The translations under genes and the position numbers were made by a program. From Acidobacteriota bacterium (GTDB lineage: Bacteria; Acidobacteriota; UBA6911; JACQTF01), in NCBI GenBank assembly GCA_016210925.1, contig JACQTF010000031.1:1-51026 (forward strand): 51,026 nt of DNA, given 5' to 3'. Positions 18,511-28,132 of the stretch are shown one piece after another. Each line of letters begins with the position of its first letter. Position 1 is the first letter of the stretch. The notes beneath the pieces are model-generated. The model ran no database searches. It was given only the letters and a program-made list of their open reading frames with translations, and was not told the origin of the DNA.

Positions 18511-19417
18511 AGAGCGGAGCCGGGTCTTCAGGAGGCCGGGATCTCCAACGGCGGTGCACCCAGAGCCACTGTTCCGGATACTGGCGGATGACGGATTCCA
18601 TCTCGGTGGCGAAACGCTGCGTGTTGATCAACACATCGCGAGAGCGGTCCTCGGTCTCCACCAATTCCAGGGCGGCGTGCAACCGAATGCGGTAGTGATC
18701 GCGGTTTCCTTCCCTCACCAGGAAGACGGGTATCACGGCGGCACCTGTCCTTCGCGCCAGGATCGCCACGCTGGAGGACATGGTGGCCCGCTTCCCGAAA
18801 AAATGGACGAAGACCCCTTCCGAAGGGCTCACGTTTTGATCCACCATCATGGAGACGGCCCCTCCGCTGTGCAATCGGGTGAGGATGCTCCGGGCGGAAC
18901 GTTGCTTGGTCACGCCCCGGTTGCCGCATCCGGTGCGGTATCGGGTCAATAACTCCTCCAGGCGACGGTTCCTCAGGGGATTGTTCACGAACAGCAGCGG
19001 ATAACCGTACAGGGACAGGGCATAGGCCAGCAGCTCCCAACATCCGAAGTGGGCCGTCAGATACATGACGCCCCGGCCTGCTGCCAGCGCCCGCTTCAGG
19101 TTCTCCTCTCCATACTGGGGATCGTAGCTGACGAGAGAGGCGATGTTGCCCGGGTGCAGCCGAGGAAAACGCGAGACCTCCACGACCAGGCGTCCCAGAG
19201 TCCGGTAGCTTTTCACGGCGATCCTCCGCCGCTGCTCCGGAGACAGGTCCGGAAACGCAATGTTCAGGTTGGTGTCCGCGATGCGGCGGTGTCTCCCGTC
19301 CAGGCGGAAATAAAGTGCGGCTGCCGATTCCGCGACCCGCAGAGCTGCGTTTCTGGGCAGGAGCCCCAAGGCCCGGAGCAGCACGGCGATCACCAGGTAC
19401 ATGATATAATTTTTCAT
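18497..19417 (-). CDS. Lipid A late acyltransferase (LpxL/LPLAT family), copy 1
   Basis: LTAHFGCWE, MVDQN and WLWVHRRWR motifs. Confidence 0.9.
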   Translation of the reverse strand: MKNYIMYLVIAVLLRALGLLPRNAALRVAESAAALYFRLDGRHRRIADTNLNIAFPDLSPEQRRRIAVKSYRTLGRLVVEVSRFPRLHPGNIASLVSYDPQYGEENLKRALAAGRGVMYLTAHFGCWELLAYALSLYGYPLLFVNNPLRNRRLEELLTRYRTGCGNRGVTKQRSARSILTRLHSGGAVSMMVDQNVSPSEGVFVHFFGKRATMSSSVAILARRTGAAVIPVFLVREGNRDHYRIRLHAALELVETEDRSRDVLINTQRFATEMESVIRQYPEQWLWVHRRWRSRPPEDPAPLYDVP

Positions 19418-19489
19418 GCGACTCTTAGAGCGGGAGCCAGGAACTCCCGCAAGCGCGAACCACAGAAAGATAATTCGTCACTCTAGCAC

Positions 19490-20158
19490 ATGCGCGCAAA
19501 ATTCTGCCACAGCTTCGGTGTGGTCTGTGTGGTCTTTCTAGCGTGCCTGGTGCCCCTGGCAGCGTACAAGATCCGCCGGGTGGAGATCCAGGACCCGCAG
19601 GCGTATCCCTCACACCAGGTGAACGACCGGGTGGCAGTGGCGGCAGATCCGTATCTGACCGACGAGCGAAGCCGTCTGGCATTTGATGTGAAGCACATGA
19701 ACTCCCGGGGCCTGCTACCCATCAACGTGATCATCGACAACCAGACGGAGCGTGCCGTGCTGGTCAACGGGTTGCGGGCCGAGATTCTCGAGAAGCGAGG
19801 CGCCCGGCATGAGTCTGTCAGCTTGAGAGACGTGATGACCCGGGTCTTCGGGAAAGATGGGGAGATGGTTCCTGTTCCAGGGCCGTTCCCCGGGGGTTCA
19901 CGAAGTTCGCGCGTCTCGAGGGAGGCGTCGGAGGATTTCCGCAGCAAGTTCCTGGGCGAAAAGATCGTCGCGCCCGGTGCCCGAGTTTTTGGGTTCTTGT
20001 TCTTCCGGATCCTTGACCCCAGGGTGCTCCAGGGAGCGCGGATCTACCTTCCTGAGGTCCGGATTTATCCCAGCGGGGAGGAGTTGATGTTTTATGAATT
20101 TGACCTGACCCCGGCCTGGGAATATTATGTCAAGGGTAAACCGGGCAAGGGGAACTGA
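19490..20158 (+). CDS. Hypothetical exported protein
   Basis: 222-aa ORF with a signal-peptide-like N-terminus and coding-like composition. Confidence 0.7.
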   Translation: MRAKFCHSFGVVCVVFLACLVPLAAYKIRRVEIQDPQAYPSHQVNDRVAVAADPYLTDERSRLAFDVKHMNSRGLLPINVIIDNQTERAVLVNGLRAEILEKRGARHESVSLRDVMTRVFGKDGEMVPVPGPFPGGSRSSRVSREASEDFRSKFLGEKIVAPGARVFGFLFFRILDPRVLQGARIYLPEVRIYPSGEELMFYEFDLTPAWEYYVKGKPGKGN

Positions 20159-20167
20159 AGTTCTGGT

Positions 20168-20530
20168 GTGGCGCAGGAGTTCCGCATGAAGAAATTGTGG
20201 GAGAGTCGAGGCTATCGCACGCAGTTCCGACGGCTGCTCCAGTTGAGGACCCCGGAAGAGGCAGAGAGTACCCTCCGCCGCCTGGACGCCTTGTACCGCC
20301 GATTCAAGCAACAGCAGGACTTTCAGGGCATGCGCTGCTGCCAGCTCATCGCCCGAGAAGGACAGGACCGTGCCCGGCGGATCGCTAAAAACCGTGCCGT
20401 GTCACCCGCCAAGCGGGCCGAGAAGGCCGAGATCGCCGGATGGTTCGAGCTGTGGCTGAAAGGGCCTGCCTTGTTCCTGGATTGGCTGGAGGTCCGGAAA
20501 AAGTCCGGCGGTTCCGCCCGCACCGTGTAG
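20168..20530 (+). CDS. Hypothetical basic helical protein
   Basis: Follows the previous gene by 9 nt; KRAEKAEIAGWFELWL...LFLDWLEVRK C-terminus. Confidence 0.7.
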   Translation: MAQEFRMKKLWESRGYRTQFRRLLQLRTPEEAESTLRRLDALYRRFKQQQDFQGMRCCQLIAREGQDRARRIAKNRAVSPAKRAEKAEIAGWFELWLKGPALFLDWLEVRKKSGGSARTV

Positions 20531-20589
20531 ATTCCTGATCCGTACCTCCTGCGAATGGTGTTCATGGGCTACGCGATGTTTGTCACCCT

Positions 20590-20865
20590 TGCTCCGGCCT
20601 TGATTATCAGATCAAGCACCACCTGTTTCCCGGATTCAGCCATGTGTACTATCCACGGATGAGCCCCCTGGTCGAGGAGTTCTGCAGGACGCACGGATAT
20701 CCCTACCGCAGACTTTGCTGGGGAGAAGCGGTCGTGGAAGCTTTCCTCGCGTTCCGCACTCCGAAAAGGGTTGAGCAGCGACTGGCCGCCTTGAGGCTTC
20801 GGTGGGACCCCGATCCGTCGATGAGCCAGCCGTGTCCCCATTTCGGGAAGATTCCATTAGGCTGA
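20590..20865 (+). pseudogene. C-terminal fragment of a membrane fatty acid desaturase
   Basis: GLDYQIKHHLFPGFSHVYYPRMSPLVEEFCRTHGYPY is the third His box (QIEHHLFP). An in-frame stop lies at 20536 and the first two His boxes are missing. Confidence 0.85.
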
Positions 20866-21081
20866 GGACCTTGGCTGGTCTCGGCGCAAGTCTTGGGGAG
20901 CGACCCTCACCTTCCGAGTGATCTTGTTCCTGGCGAACGAAGCGAGCCAGGGGCGCAGCCCATTGGCAGAAACGTTATCCTGAGTCACCAACGGCCACGC
21001 CCTATCGACGGATCGGGGTGGGACGGCGCGGGCACGCTGCGCGGTGAAACGGTGGCCGAATCCGGGCAGGTCTGATCGTCG

Positions 21082-21813
21082 TCAGTATCCCACCGCCAAG
21101 CGGTCAGCCAGGAAGGCGGGGAGGTTGGCGCGGCGGATCTTTGCCTGGGCGTTTTCCAGCGGGTACTCCAGCCGGTGAAACTCCATGACCTGCTGGCCGG
21201 TATCCAGCACGCCGAAGGCGGTGCGAGGATTTCCATCCCGGGGCTGTCCCACCGAGCCAGGATTGATCAGATATTTCGTCCCCTCGAGGTCCAGGTGGAT
21301 GACTGCGGAATCGGAGGGCAGTTGGTAGGTCAGGTTTCCGTTCTTTAGCTCAAACACCACGGGGATGTGACTGTGCCCGAAGAGACAGATGGGGGTATCG
21401 AAGAAGCGGAAATTATGCAATGCGACGGGCTCGCTCAGGATGTAATCGTCCTCATCCCGGGGAGAGCCGTGGGAGATGCTGAAGGCGGGCTCCACCTGCA
21501 GCGGCCCCTGGGGCAGGTGGCTGAGGTAATCCCGGTTTTCCTGCGTGAGCTGGTCGCGGGTCCAGAAGGCAGCAGACCGGGCGTGGAAGACGAACTCCTC
21601 GCCCTGGTCCAGGCCACAGGCGACTTTGTCGTGGTTGCCGCGCACCGTCGCGACCGGATCCATCTTTCGCAACAGGTCTACCACTTCATTGGGGTTGGCG
21701 CCGTACCCCACCAGGTCTCCCAGGCACACGGAGCGGTCGTACGCGCGGTACTCGAGGATGGTTTCCAGCGCTTCCAGATTGGAATGGATGTCCGAAAGGA
21801 TCAGATAACGCAT
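21082..21813 (-). CDS. Metallophosphoesterase family protein
   Basis: SDIHSN, GDLVGYG, RGNHD, HGSP, FGHSH and NPGSVGQPRD motifs. Confidence 0.93.
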   Translation of the reverse strand: MRYLILSDIHSNLEALETILEYRAYDRSVCLGDLVGYGANPNEVVDLLRKMDPVATVRGNHDKVACGLDQGEEFVFHARSAAFWTRDQLTQENRDYLSHLPQGPLQVEPAFSISHGSPRDEDDYILSEPVALHNFRFFDTPICLFGHSHIPVVFELKNGNLTYQLPSDSAVIHLDLEGTKYLINPGSVGQPRDGNPRTAFGVLDTGQQVMEFHRLEYPLENAQAKIRRANLPAFLADRLAVGY

Positions 21814-21825
21814 CCGGGAATACCC

Positions 21826-21854
21826 TTGCCGGTCCCCTGACCCTCCACTATAAT
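21826..21854 (+). promoter_or_regulatory. Sigma-70 promoter of the CoA-transferase/thiolase operon
   Basis: TTGCCG(21826-21831)-N17-TATAAT(21849-21854). Confidence 0.7.
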
Positions 21855-21952
21855 CTCGAACTGCTCTGGTGTGCGCCGCAGCGCGAGGGGGACAACCAAC
21901 ATCTTAGCACAGCCCGCCGGAAGTCTCATGCAGAAAGGCAGGAGGGGTGGAA

Positions 21953-22651
21953 ATGAATAAAGTCGTTGCCAGCGCCTTGGAAGCCATCCGGGATATCGAG
22001 GAAGGCTCCACCCTCATGATGGGCGGCTTCGGCTTGTGCGGCATTCCCGAGAACCTGATCGCAGCCCTGCGGGAGAAGGGCACCCGCAACCTGACCGTGA
22101 TCAGCAACAACGCTGGCGTGGATGATTTCGGAATCGGCATCCTGCTCCAGACCCGGCAGGTGAAGAAGATGATCTCCACCTATGTGGGAGAGAACAAGTT
22201 GTTCGAGAAGCTGGCGCTGAGCGGCGAGCTGGAGGTGGAGCTGGTGCCTCAGGGGACATTTGCTGAGCGAATCCGCGCAGCAGGGGTGGGGATCGGGGGT
22301 TTTTATACCCCGACGGGCTTCGGCACCGTGGTGGCTGAAGGAAAGGAGACCCGGGTCCTGAACGGCCGGCCCTACGTGCTGGAACAGCCCCTGCGTGCTG
22401 ACTTCGCCCTGGTGAAGGCCTGGCGGGGTGACGGCTGGGGGAACCTGGTGTATCGAAAGACGGCGCGAAATTTCAACCCGCTGATGGCCATGGCGGCCCG
22501 GACCACCATCGCCGAGGTGGAGGAACTGGTGGAGCTCGGTCGGCTGAACCCCGATGAGGTGCATACGCCGGGCATCTTCGTCCAGCGCGTTTTCCAGGGC
22601 GCGGGCTACGAGAAGCGCATCGAGCGACGGACGGTGAGGAGACGAGGGTAG
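21953..22651 (+). CDS. scoA: 3-oxoacid CoA-transferase subunit A
   Basis: GGFGLCGIPENLI, PQGTFAERIRA and TARNFNP motifs. Confidence 0.92.
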   Translation: MNKVVASALEAIRDIEEGSTLMMGGFGLCGIPENLIAALREKGTRNLTVISNNAGVDDFGIGILLQTRQVKKMISTYVGENKLFEKLALSGELEVELVPQGTFAERIRAAGVGIGGFYTPTGFGTVVAEGKETRVLNGRPYVLEQPLRADFALVKAWRGDGWGNLVYRKTARNFNPLMAMAARTTIAEVEELVELGRLNPDEVHTPGIFVQRVFQGAGYEKRIERRTVRRRG

Positions 22652-22654
22652 TCC

Positions 22655-23311
22655 ATGGATCCCAAGGAGATCATTATCCGGAGGGTGGCGCGGGAGCTGA
22701 AAGACGGCCTCTACGTTAACCTGGGAATCGGCATGCCGACCCTGGTGTCGAACTACATCCCTGCTGGAATGGATGTGATCCTCCACTCGGAGAACGGTCT
22801 CCTGGGGATCGGGCCGTTTCCCTATGAAGGGGAAGAGGACCCGGACTTGATCAACGCAGGCAAGGAAACGGTGACCGAGCTGGCGGGGTCTTCCTACTTC
22901 GACTCGGCGATCTCGTTTGGAATGGTTCGGGGCGGCCACGTGGACCTGACTGTCCTGGGAGGCATGGAGGTATCCGAGAAGGGCGACCTGGCCAACTGGA
23001 TGATCCCCGGCAAAATGGTGAAAGGAATGGGGGGCGCCATGGACCTGGTGGCGGGCGCCAGGCGCGTCATTGTGGCCATGACCCACACGGCCAAGGAGGG
23101 CGAGCCAAAGATTCTGAGACGATGTCGCCTGCCACTGACCGGTGCGGGGGTGGTGGATACCATCGTCACCGAGCTGGCGGTGATAGACGTTATCGACGCA
23201 GGGCTCGTGCTCCGGGAACGAGCGGCCGGGGTCTCCGTGTCGGATGTGCAGGAGAAGACCGAGCCCCGGCTCATCGTGGCCGGCGACCTGAGGACCATGG
23301 AGTTCGCGTGA
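22655..23311 (+). CDS. scoB: 3-oxoacid CoA-transferase subunit B
   Basis: [13 protein letters not shown] (catalytic Glu) and GMGGAMDLV motifs. Confidence 0.92.
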   Translation: MDPKEIIIRRVARELKDGLYVNLGIGMPTLVSNYIPAGMDVILHSENGLLGIGPFPYEGEEDPDLINAGKETVTELAGSSYFDSAISFGMVRGGHVDLTVLGGMEVSEKGDLANWMIPGKMVKGMGGAMDLVAGARRVIVAMTHTAKEGEPKILRRCRLPLTGAGVVDTIVTELAVIDVIDAGLVLRERAAGVSVSDVQEKTEPRLIVAGDLRTMEFA

Positions 23312-23433
23312 TCGGCGAGGCAAGCGGCGCCGTCCTGCCCGGGATCGTGTCACGCTTGCGAGGGAGCTCCGGGGTCGCCGAGCCACCATCGGCCTCGCGT
23401 GGGATTGTGAGAGAATAGAGAGGGAGGTTGAAC

Positions 23434-24615
23434 ATGAAAGAATGCGTCATCGTGAGCGCTGTGCGAACGGCCATCGGGGGCTTCGGGGGCACTCTCAAGG
23501 ACACGCCCGTGACCGAGTTGGGACGCACGGTCATTGCGGAAGCCGTGGCCAGGGCGAGCGTCCAGCCGTCGGAAGTGGATGAAGTGATCATGGGGAACGT
23601 GCTGCAGGCGGGTGCGGGGATGAATCCGGCGCGGCAGGCGGCCATCCAGGCGGGGATCCCGGTGTCCGTCCCTGCCCACACGGTCAACAAGGTGTGCGGC
23701 TCTGGCCTGAAATCCGTGACCCTGGCTGCCCAGGCTGTCATTTCCGGCGACGCGGAGATCGTGGTGGCGGGCGGGATGGAATCCATGAGCGGCGCTCCCT
23801 ATCTGCTTCAAAAGGGGCGCTGGGGCTACCGGCTAGGGCACGGCGATCTCTCGGACTCCATGTTGAGCGAGGGGCTCACGTGCGCCATGGCTCAGGTGCA
23901 CATGGGAGTGACCGCCGAAAACATCGCCGAGAAGTACGGCATCCTGCGGCGAGATCAGGACTGCTTCGCAGCCGAGAGCCAGCGCAAGGCGGAGGCCGCC
24001 ATCAAAGCGGGGAAGTTCCGGCAAGAGATCGTCCCCGTGGTGCTGCCCCAAAAGAAAGGAGAGCCTTTGCAGTTCCAGCAGGACGAACATCCCCGCTTCG
24101 GGACCACCGAGGAAGCCCTGGCAAAGTTGAAGCCGGCATTCAAGAAGGAGGGATCGGTCACTGCTGGAAACGCCTCCGGGATCAACGACGGCGCGTCTGC
24201 CGTCGTCGTGATGCCCGCCGAGCGCGCCAAAGCCCTGGGAATCCCACCCATGGCCAGGATCCTCAGCTACGCTTACACGGGCGTGGAACCTGCCCTCATG
24301 GGAATAGGTCCTGTGCCCGCGGTGCGAAAAGCCCTGCAAAAGGCCGGCATGAACCTGGCGGACATCGACCTGGTCGAGCTGAACGAAGCCTTTGCGGCTC
24401 AGTCCGTGGCCGTGCTGCGGGAGTTGAAGCTGGATTCGGAAAAGGTCAACGTGAACGGCGGTGCCATCGCCCTGGGACACCCCATCGGCGCCAGCGGCGC
24501 CCGCATCCTCACCACTTTGCTCCATGCCCTGCGGGACCGCAACGGGACCACGGGCCTGGCGTCCCTCTGCATCGGGGGCGGGCAGGGCATCGCCATGATC
24601 GTGGAGCGCGTGTAA
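23434..24615 (+). CDS. Acetyl-CoA C-acetyltransferase (thiolase)
   Basis: [20 protein letters not shown] and CIGGGQG motifs. Confidence 0.95.
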   Translation: MKECVIVSAVRTAIGGFGGTLKDTPVTELGRTVIAEAVARASVQPSEVDEVIMGNVLQAGAGMNPARQAAIQAGIPVSVPAHTVNKVCGSGLKSVTLAAQAVISGDAEIVVAGGMESMSGAPYLLQKGRWGYRLGHGDLSDSMLSEGLTCAMAQVHMGVTAENIAEKYGILRRDQDCFAAESQRKAEAAIKAGKFRQEIVPVVLPQKKGEPLQFQQDEHPRFGTTEEALAKLKPAFKKEGSVTAGNASGINDGASAVVVMPAERAKALGIPPMARILSYAYTGVEPALMGIGPVPAVRKALQKAGMNLADIDLVELNEAFAAQSVAVLRELKLDSEKVNVNGGAIALGHPIGASGARILTTLLHALRDRNGTTGLASLCIGGGQGIAMIVERV

Positions 24616-24617
24616 GA

Positions 24618-24920
24618 ATGCTGCGACGCCTGGTGGTCATCGCACTGCAAGATCCCAAGGAAAATTACTGGGGACGCCTGGAGGAGATCACCCCGGCCGG
24701 CGTTTGGATTCGGGGCCTGAACGTCGAGACCTTCGAGGACTGGGTGCGCCAGGTGAGCAACGGCAACGCGGGCCTCGGGTGGTTCACTACCTTCTTCCCC
24801 ATGAACCGGATCCTTCGAATGACGCTGGATGAGACCGTGGGGGCGGTGCCTTCCTTTGCGGCCCGCTTCGAGCAGGAGGTGGGAAGAAAGGTGGAAGACT
24901 TTTTGGGGGCGGGAAACTGA
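24618..24920 (+). CDS. Hypothetical protein (possible small beta-barrel)
   Basis: MLRRLVVIALQDPKENYWGRL...TTFFPMNRILRM; ATG 2 nt after the thiolase stop. The longer ORF in the track is a frame extension. Confidence 0.75.
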   Translation: MLRRLVVIALQDPKENYWGRLEEITPAGVWIRGLNVETFEDWVRQVSNGNAGLGWFTTFFPMNRILRMTLDETVGAVPSFAARFEQEVGRKVEDFLGAGN

Positions 24921-24929
24921 AACGCTACC

Positions 24930-25586
24930 ATGGTCAAAGCGGTTGTTTTCGACGCTTACGGTACCTTGTTCGACATCGGTTCGCTGGCTGGCGCTTGCGC
25001 CGCGGTGACGCCAGAGACACAATCCTTTTGCGATCTCTGGCGCCAGAAACAATTGGAGTACACCTTTCTGGTGACGGTGCTGGGGCGCTACCGGGACTTC
25101 TGGCAGATCACCTCCCACGCTCTCAGCTTCGCCTTGAAAAAGCACGACGTGAAGATCGGCGCCTCGGAGAAGCAGCGCCTGCTGGAATCGTACCTGACGC
25201 TTCCGTCATATGACCACACGGAACCCACGCTCCAGCGGCTGGAGCCGTTCAGGCTGGCGATTCTTTCCAATGGAACTCCGGCCATGCTGGGGGCGGTCGT
25301 CCGGCACAACAACCTCACCGGCTACTTTTCCCACGTGCTCAGCGCCGATCGGGTTCGCCTGTACAAACCGCACCCGGAAGTTTACCGGCTTGCGGTCGAC
25401 GCCCTCGGTGTGCAGGCTGCGGACGTTTTGTTTATCTCCTCGAATTCTTTCGACGTGGTGGGCGCTGGCAGCTTTGGCTTCCGGGTCGCATGGATCAACC
25501 GGTCCCGCGCTCCCTTGGATGAGCTGGGAATCCGTCCGGACCACGAGTTGCAGTCCCTGGTGGATCTCCCCGCGCTGATCGCATAG
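24930..25586 (+). CDS. Haloacid dehalogenase type II
   Basis: VFDAYGTLFD, WRQKQLEY, LSNG, YKP and SSNSFD motifs. Confidence 0.92.
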   Translation: MVKAVVFDAYGTLFDIGSLAGACAAVTPETQSFCDLWRQKQLEYTFLVTVLGRYRDFWQITSHALSFALKKHDVKIGASEKQRLLESYLTLPSYDHTEPTLQRLEPFRLAILSNGTPAMLGAVVRHNNLTGYFSHVLSADRVRLYKPHPEVYRLAVDALGVQAADVLFISSNSFDVVGAGSFGFRVAWINRSRAPLDELGIRPDHELQSLVDLPALIA

Positions 25587-25797
25587 GTCGGGCTACCGAC
25601 TGCAACTGGTTGCCGGAGAGCGTTGGGCCCCTCCCCCGCTGTCAATGCTCAGGTGGCGTCGAGGCGGAGGTTCCGCGTGCCGCTGAAGCGTTGTAGGGGT
25701 TGCCGATGAAAATCGTGGTTTTGCCTGTGTCGATGGGAGCAGGCTATCCTGCAGCGGTCTCTTGCGTCAGGCTTATGTACTCGTACGTGCTGGGCTC

Positions 25798-25827
25798 TTG
25801 ACTTTTTCTTCTTCCATCTGCTAATCT
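25798..25827 (+). promoter_or_regulatory. Sigma-70 promoter of the TA pair
   Basis: TTGACT(25798-25803)-N18-TAATCT(25822-25827) with an extended TG. Confidence 0.6.
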
Positions 25828-25875
25828 GATTGTATGAAAAGCAGAACGACCCATCTTTGATCCAGGAGGGACCTT

Positions 25876-26133
25876 GTGCTTATCAGCAAGCTCGGCCAAC
25901 GCCGGCAGGTCGTCATCCCCAAAGAAATCTGTGACCAAGTCGGCCTCGAAGAGGGAGACTTTGTCGAGGTGAGTACCCGTAAAGGCGCGGTGTTCATCAA
26001 GCCCAAGAAGTTGGTTGACCCTGGTGATACCTTAACGCCAGAAGAGGAAAAGATCGTTGAGCAAGGTTTCCGGCAGCTCAAACGGGGTGAGTATGTGACC
26101 TGGGAACGCCTAAGAGATGAGCTGGGCCTATAG
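25876..26133 (+). CDS. AbrB/MazE/SpoVT-type antitoxin
   Basis: KLGQRRQVVIPKEICDQVGLEEGDFVEV; AGGAGG SD. Confidence 0.88.
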   Translation: MLISKLGQRRQVVIPKEICDQVGLEEGDFVEVSTRKGAVFIKPKKLVDPGDTLTPEEEKIVEQGFRQLKRGEYVTWERLRDELGL

Positions 26134-26383
26134 GTTTTCCACCAGCGCCGCCAAGCAGTTTCGTCGCCTACCCAGAGATCGTCAGGAACAATTAAGCCGG
26201 GCCATTGAAGAGATGGGAGAAGATCCTTTAAAGGGCGATGTCCTGCCCGTCAAAAGCGGTAAGTTCAAAGGGGCCCTCCGAAAGCGGGTGGGACCCTATC
26301 GTATTATTTTTTCCCTCGCTGGCTCGCAACGCTTGATTGAGGTCGCAGCGATTCTGCACAGGACCGAGAAAACCTACAAATAG
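26117..26383 (+). CDS. RelE/ParE family toxin
   Basis: AAKQFRRL, LRKRVGPYRIIF and ILHRTEKTY motifs; overlaps the antitoxin. Confidence 0.88.
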   Translation: MSWAYRFSTSAAKQFRRLPRDRQEQLSRAIEEMGEDPLKGDVLPVKSGKFKGALRKRVGPYRIIFSLAGSQRLIEVAAILHRTEKTYK

Positions 26384-26468
26384 CCTTGAGTGGACCCCGC
26401 CTTTACTTGCTCGCCCTGCCCAACGGGGAGTTTGGGGTGTTTCGAACAACCGACCTGGGAGTTTCAGA

Positions 26469-27674
26469 TCAGGATTTTTTCAGCAGGCCCTGGATCTGCT
26501 GCGGCAACCCGAACAGGTTGATGAAACCCTCGGCGTCCTTGGGATTGTAGGCGCCCATGGTGAAGGACGCCAGATCCGCTCGGAAGAGGGAGTAGGGGGA
26601 GTTCCTTGCTGCCACGATGGCGTTTCCCTTGTAGAGCTTCAATCGAACCGTTCCCGTGACGTTTTGCTGCGTCACATTCACGAAGGCGTCCAGGGCTTCC
26701 CTCAGCGGCGTGTACCACTGGCCATAGTACACCAGCTCCGCGTAACGGGCCGCGACCAGGGCTTTGTAGTGAGTCGTGTCCCGGTCCAAGCAAAGGGCCT
26801 CGAGCTCCCGGTGGGCAGCCATGAGCAGTGTGCCTCCCGGCGTTTCGTACACGCCCCGAGATTTCATTCCAACCAGGCGGTTCTCCACGACGTCCGCGCG
26901 CCCGATGCCGTGGGTGCCTCCCAGCCGGTTGAGCTCCTGCACCAACGCCACCGGCTCCCTCCTCTTGCCATTCAAGGAAGTGGGGATACCCTTTTCAAAG
27001 CCGATCTCGATGTAAGCCGGCCTGCCCGGCGCTTTCTCGGGACTGCGGGTCAGAACGAAGAGGGACTCCTCGGGCTCCCAGTTGGGATCCTCCAGCGGTC
27101 CGCCTTCATGGCTGATGTGCCAGAGGTTCCGGTCCCTGCTGAACAGGCTCTTGCGGGAAGCCGTCACCGGAACACGGTGCTTGCGAGCGTACGCCAGCGC
27201 ATCCTCCCTGGAAAGGATGTCCCATTCCCGCCAGGGAGCGATCACCCGCAGCTCCGGAGCAAGACTCTTGTAAGCAAGCTCGAATCGTACCTGGTCGTTG
27301 CCCTTGCCGGTGCAGCCGTGGGCCACGGCATCCGCCTTCTCTTTGCGCGCGATCTCCACCTGGCGCCGGGCCAGCAGGGGCCGGGCAAAGGAGGTGCCCA
27401 ACAGGTACTTGTGCTCGTACACGGCGCCGGCCTTCAGGGTGGGGAAAATGAAATCGGTGACGAACTCGCGTCGGAGGTCCTCGATGTAGACCTTACTCGC
27501 CCCGGTCTTCAGGGCCTTTTCCCGGAGGCCCTCCAGTTCTGCGCCCTGGCCCACATCGCCGGCCATGGCAATGACCTGGCATCCGTAGCGTTCCTTCAAC
27601 CAGGGGATGATGATGGAGGTGTCCAGCCCGCCGCTGTAAGCGAGCACGACTTTGCGCATTGCGTCGGTACCCAT
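26469..27674 (-). CDS. argG: Argininosuccinate synthase
   Basis: [24 protein letters not shown] and [11 protein letters not shown] motifs. Confidence 0.97.
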   Translation of the reverse strand: MGTDAMRKVVLAYSGGLDTSIIIPWLKERYGCQVIAMAGDVGQGAELEGLREKALKTGASKVYIEDLRREFVTDFIFPTLKAGAVYEHKYLLGTSFARPLLARRQVEIARKEKADAVAHGCTGKGNDQVRFELAYKSLAPELRVIAPWREWDILSREDALAYARKHRVPVTASRKSLFSRDRNLWHISHEGGPLEDPNWEPEESLFVLTRSPEKAPGRPAYIEIGFEKGIPTSLNGKRREPVALVQELNRLGGTHGIGRADVVENRLVGMKSRGVYETPGGTLLMAAHRELEALCLDRDTTHYKALVAARYAELVYYGQWYTPLREALDAFVNVTQQNVTGTVRLKLYKGNAIVAARNSPYSLFRADLASFTMGAYNPKDAEGFINLFGLPQQIQGLLKKS

Positions 27675-27724
27675 GGACAAACGTCGATTTTATCACCAGC
27701 AGGCCCCATCGCACACGGGTAAAG

Positions 27725-27762
27725 ATGCTCCGGTATGCTCCGGTACTCCGGTATGCTCCGGG
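27725..27762. repeat. Tandem decamer repeat ATGCTCCGGT (about 4 units)
   Basis: atgctccggt atgctccggt actccggt atgctccggg upstream of argG. Confidence 0.8.
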
Positions 27763-27906
27763 GCTCTGGGGTGCACGACAGTAAAGTGGTCTCCTATCCC
27801 GAAGCGGCGTAGTTTTCGCAGTACTGCTCGAACTCGCCATCACGGCGGCACTGCGGAGGTTTAACACCGCTTGCTTGTGCTCCCGGATCGGACCACCGCA
27901 TACTGG

Positions 27907-27952
27907 CTTCTCTTTTCGCGCGATCTCCACCTGGCGCCAGGCCAGCAGGGGC
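27907..27952 (-). repeat. 46-bp copy of an internal argG segment (27336-27381)
   Basis: 44/46 identical, same orientation. Confidence 0.9.
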
Positions 27953-28132
27953 GAAGCCGATCATGCGCGGAGGACCATCCACCAGGTGACGGTGTGGTAT
28001 CCTGCGCTTGATCTTCGGAAGTACCAGCGCTCAGGAACTATCAGGGGAGGAAAGAAACGAAAACCTGAACCGCCACGGGAAGGGAACATCCCAATCGCGT
28101 GGTGTCAAAGACTAGGGAATGAGGACGAAACC

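Noticed and set aside
23304-23418. Another TIR/TSD scar between scoB and the thiolase (TCGCGTG repeat, 36-codon GTGA-overlap ORF)
   Set aside because: The inverted repeats are only about 7 bp and not terminal, and excision does not restore a clean gene junction.
27907-27952. DGR template/variable repeat pair or CRISPR-like spacer
   Set aside because: There is no reverse transcriptase, the two mismatches are not both at template adenines on one strand, and no flanking repeats are present.
28120-28131. Hammerhead-like TGAGGACGAAAC
   Set aside because: The CTGANGA core and stem II partner are missing; it is better explained as the SD region of the SNF2 gene.
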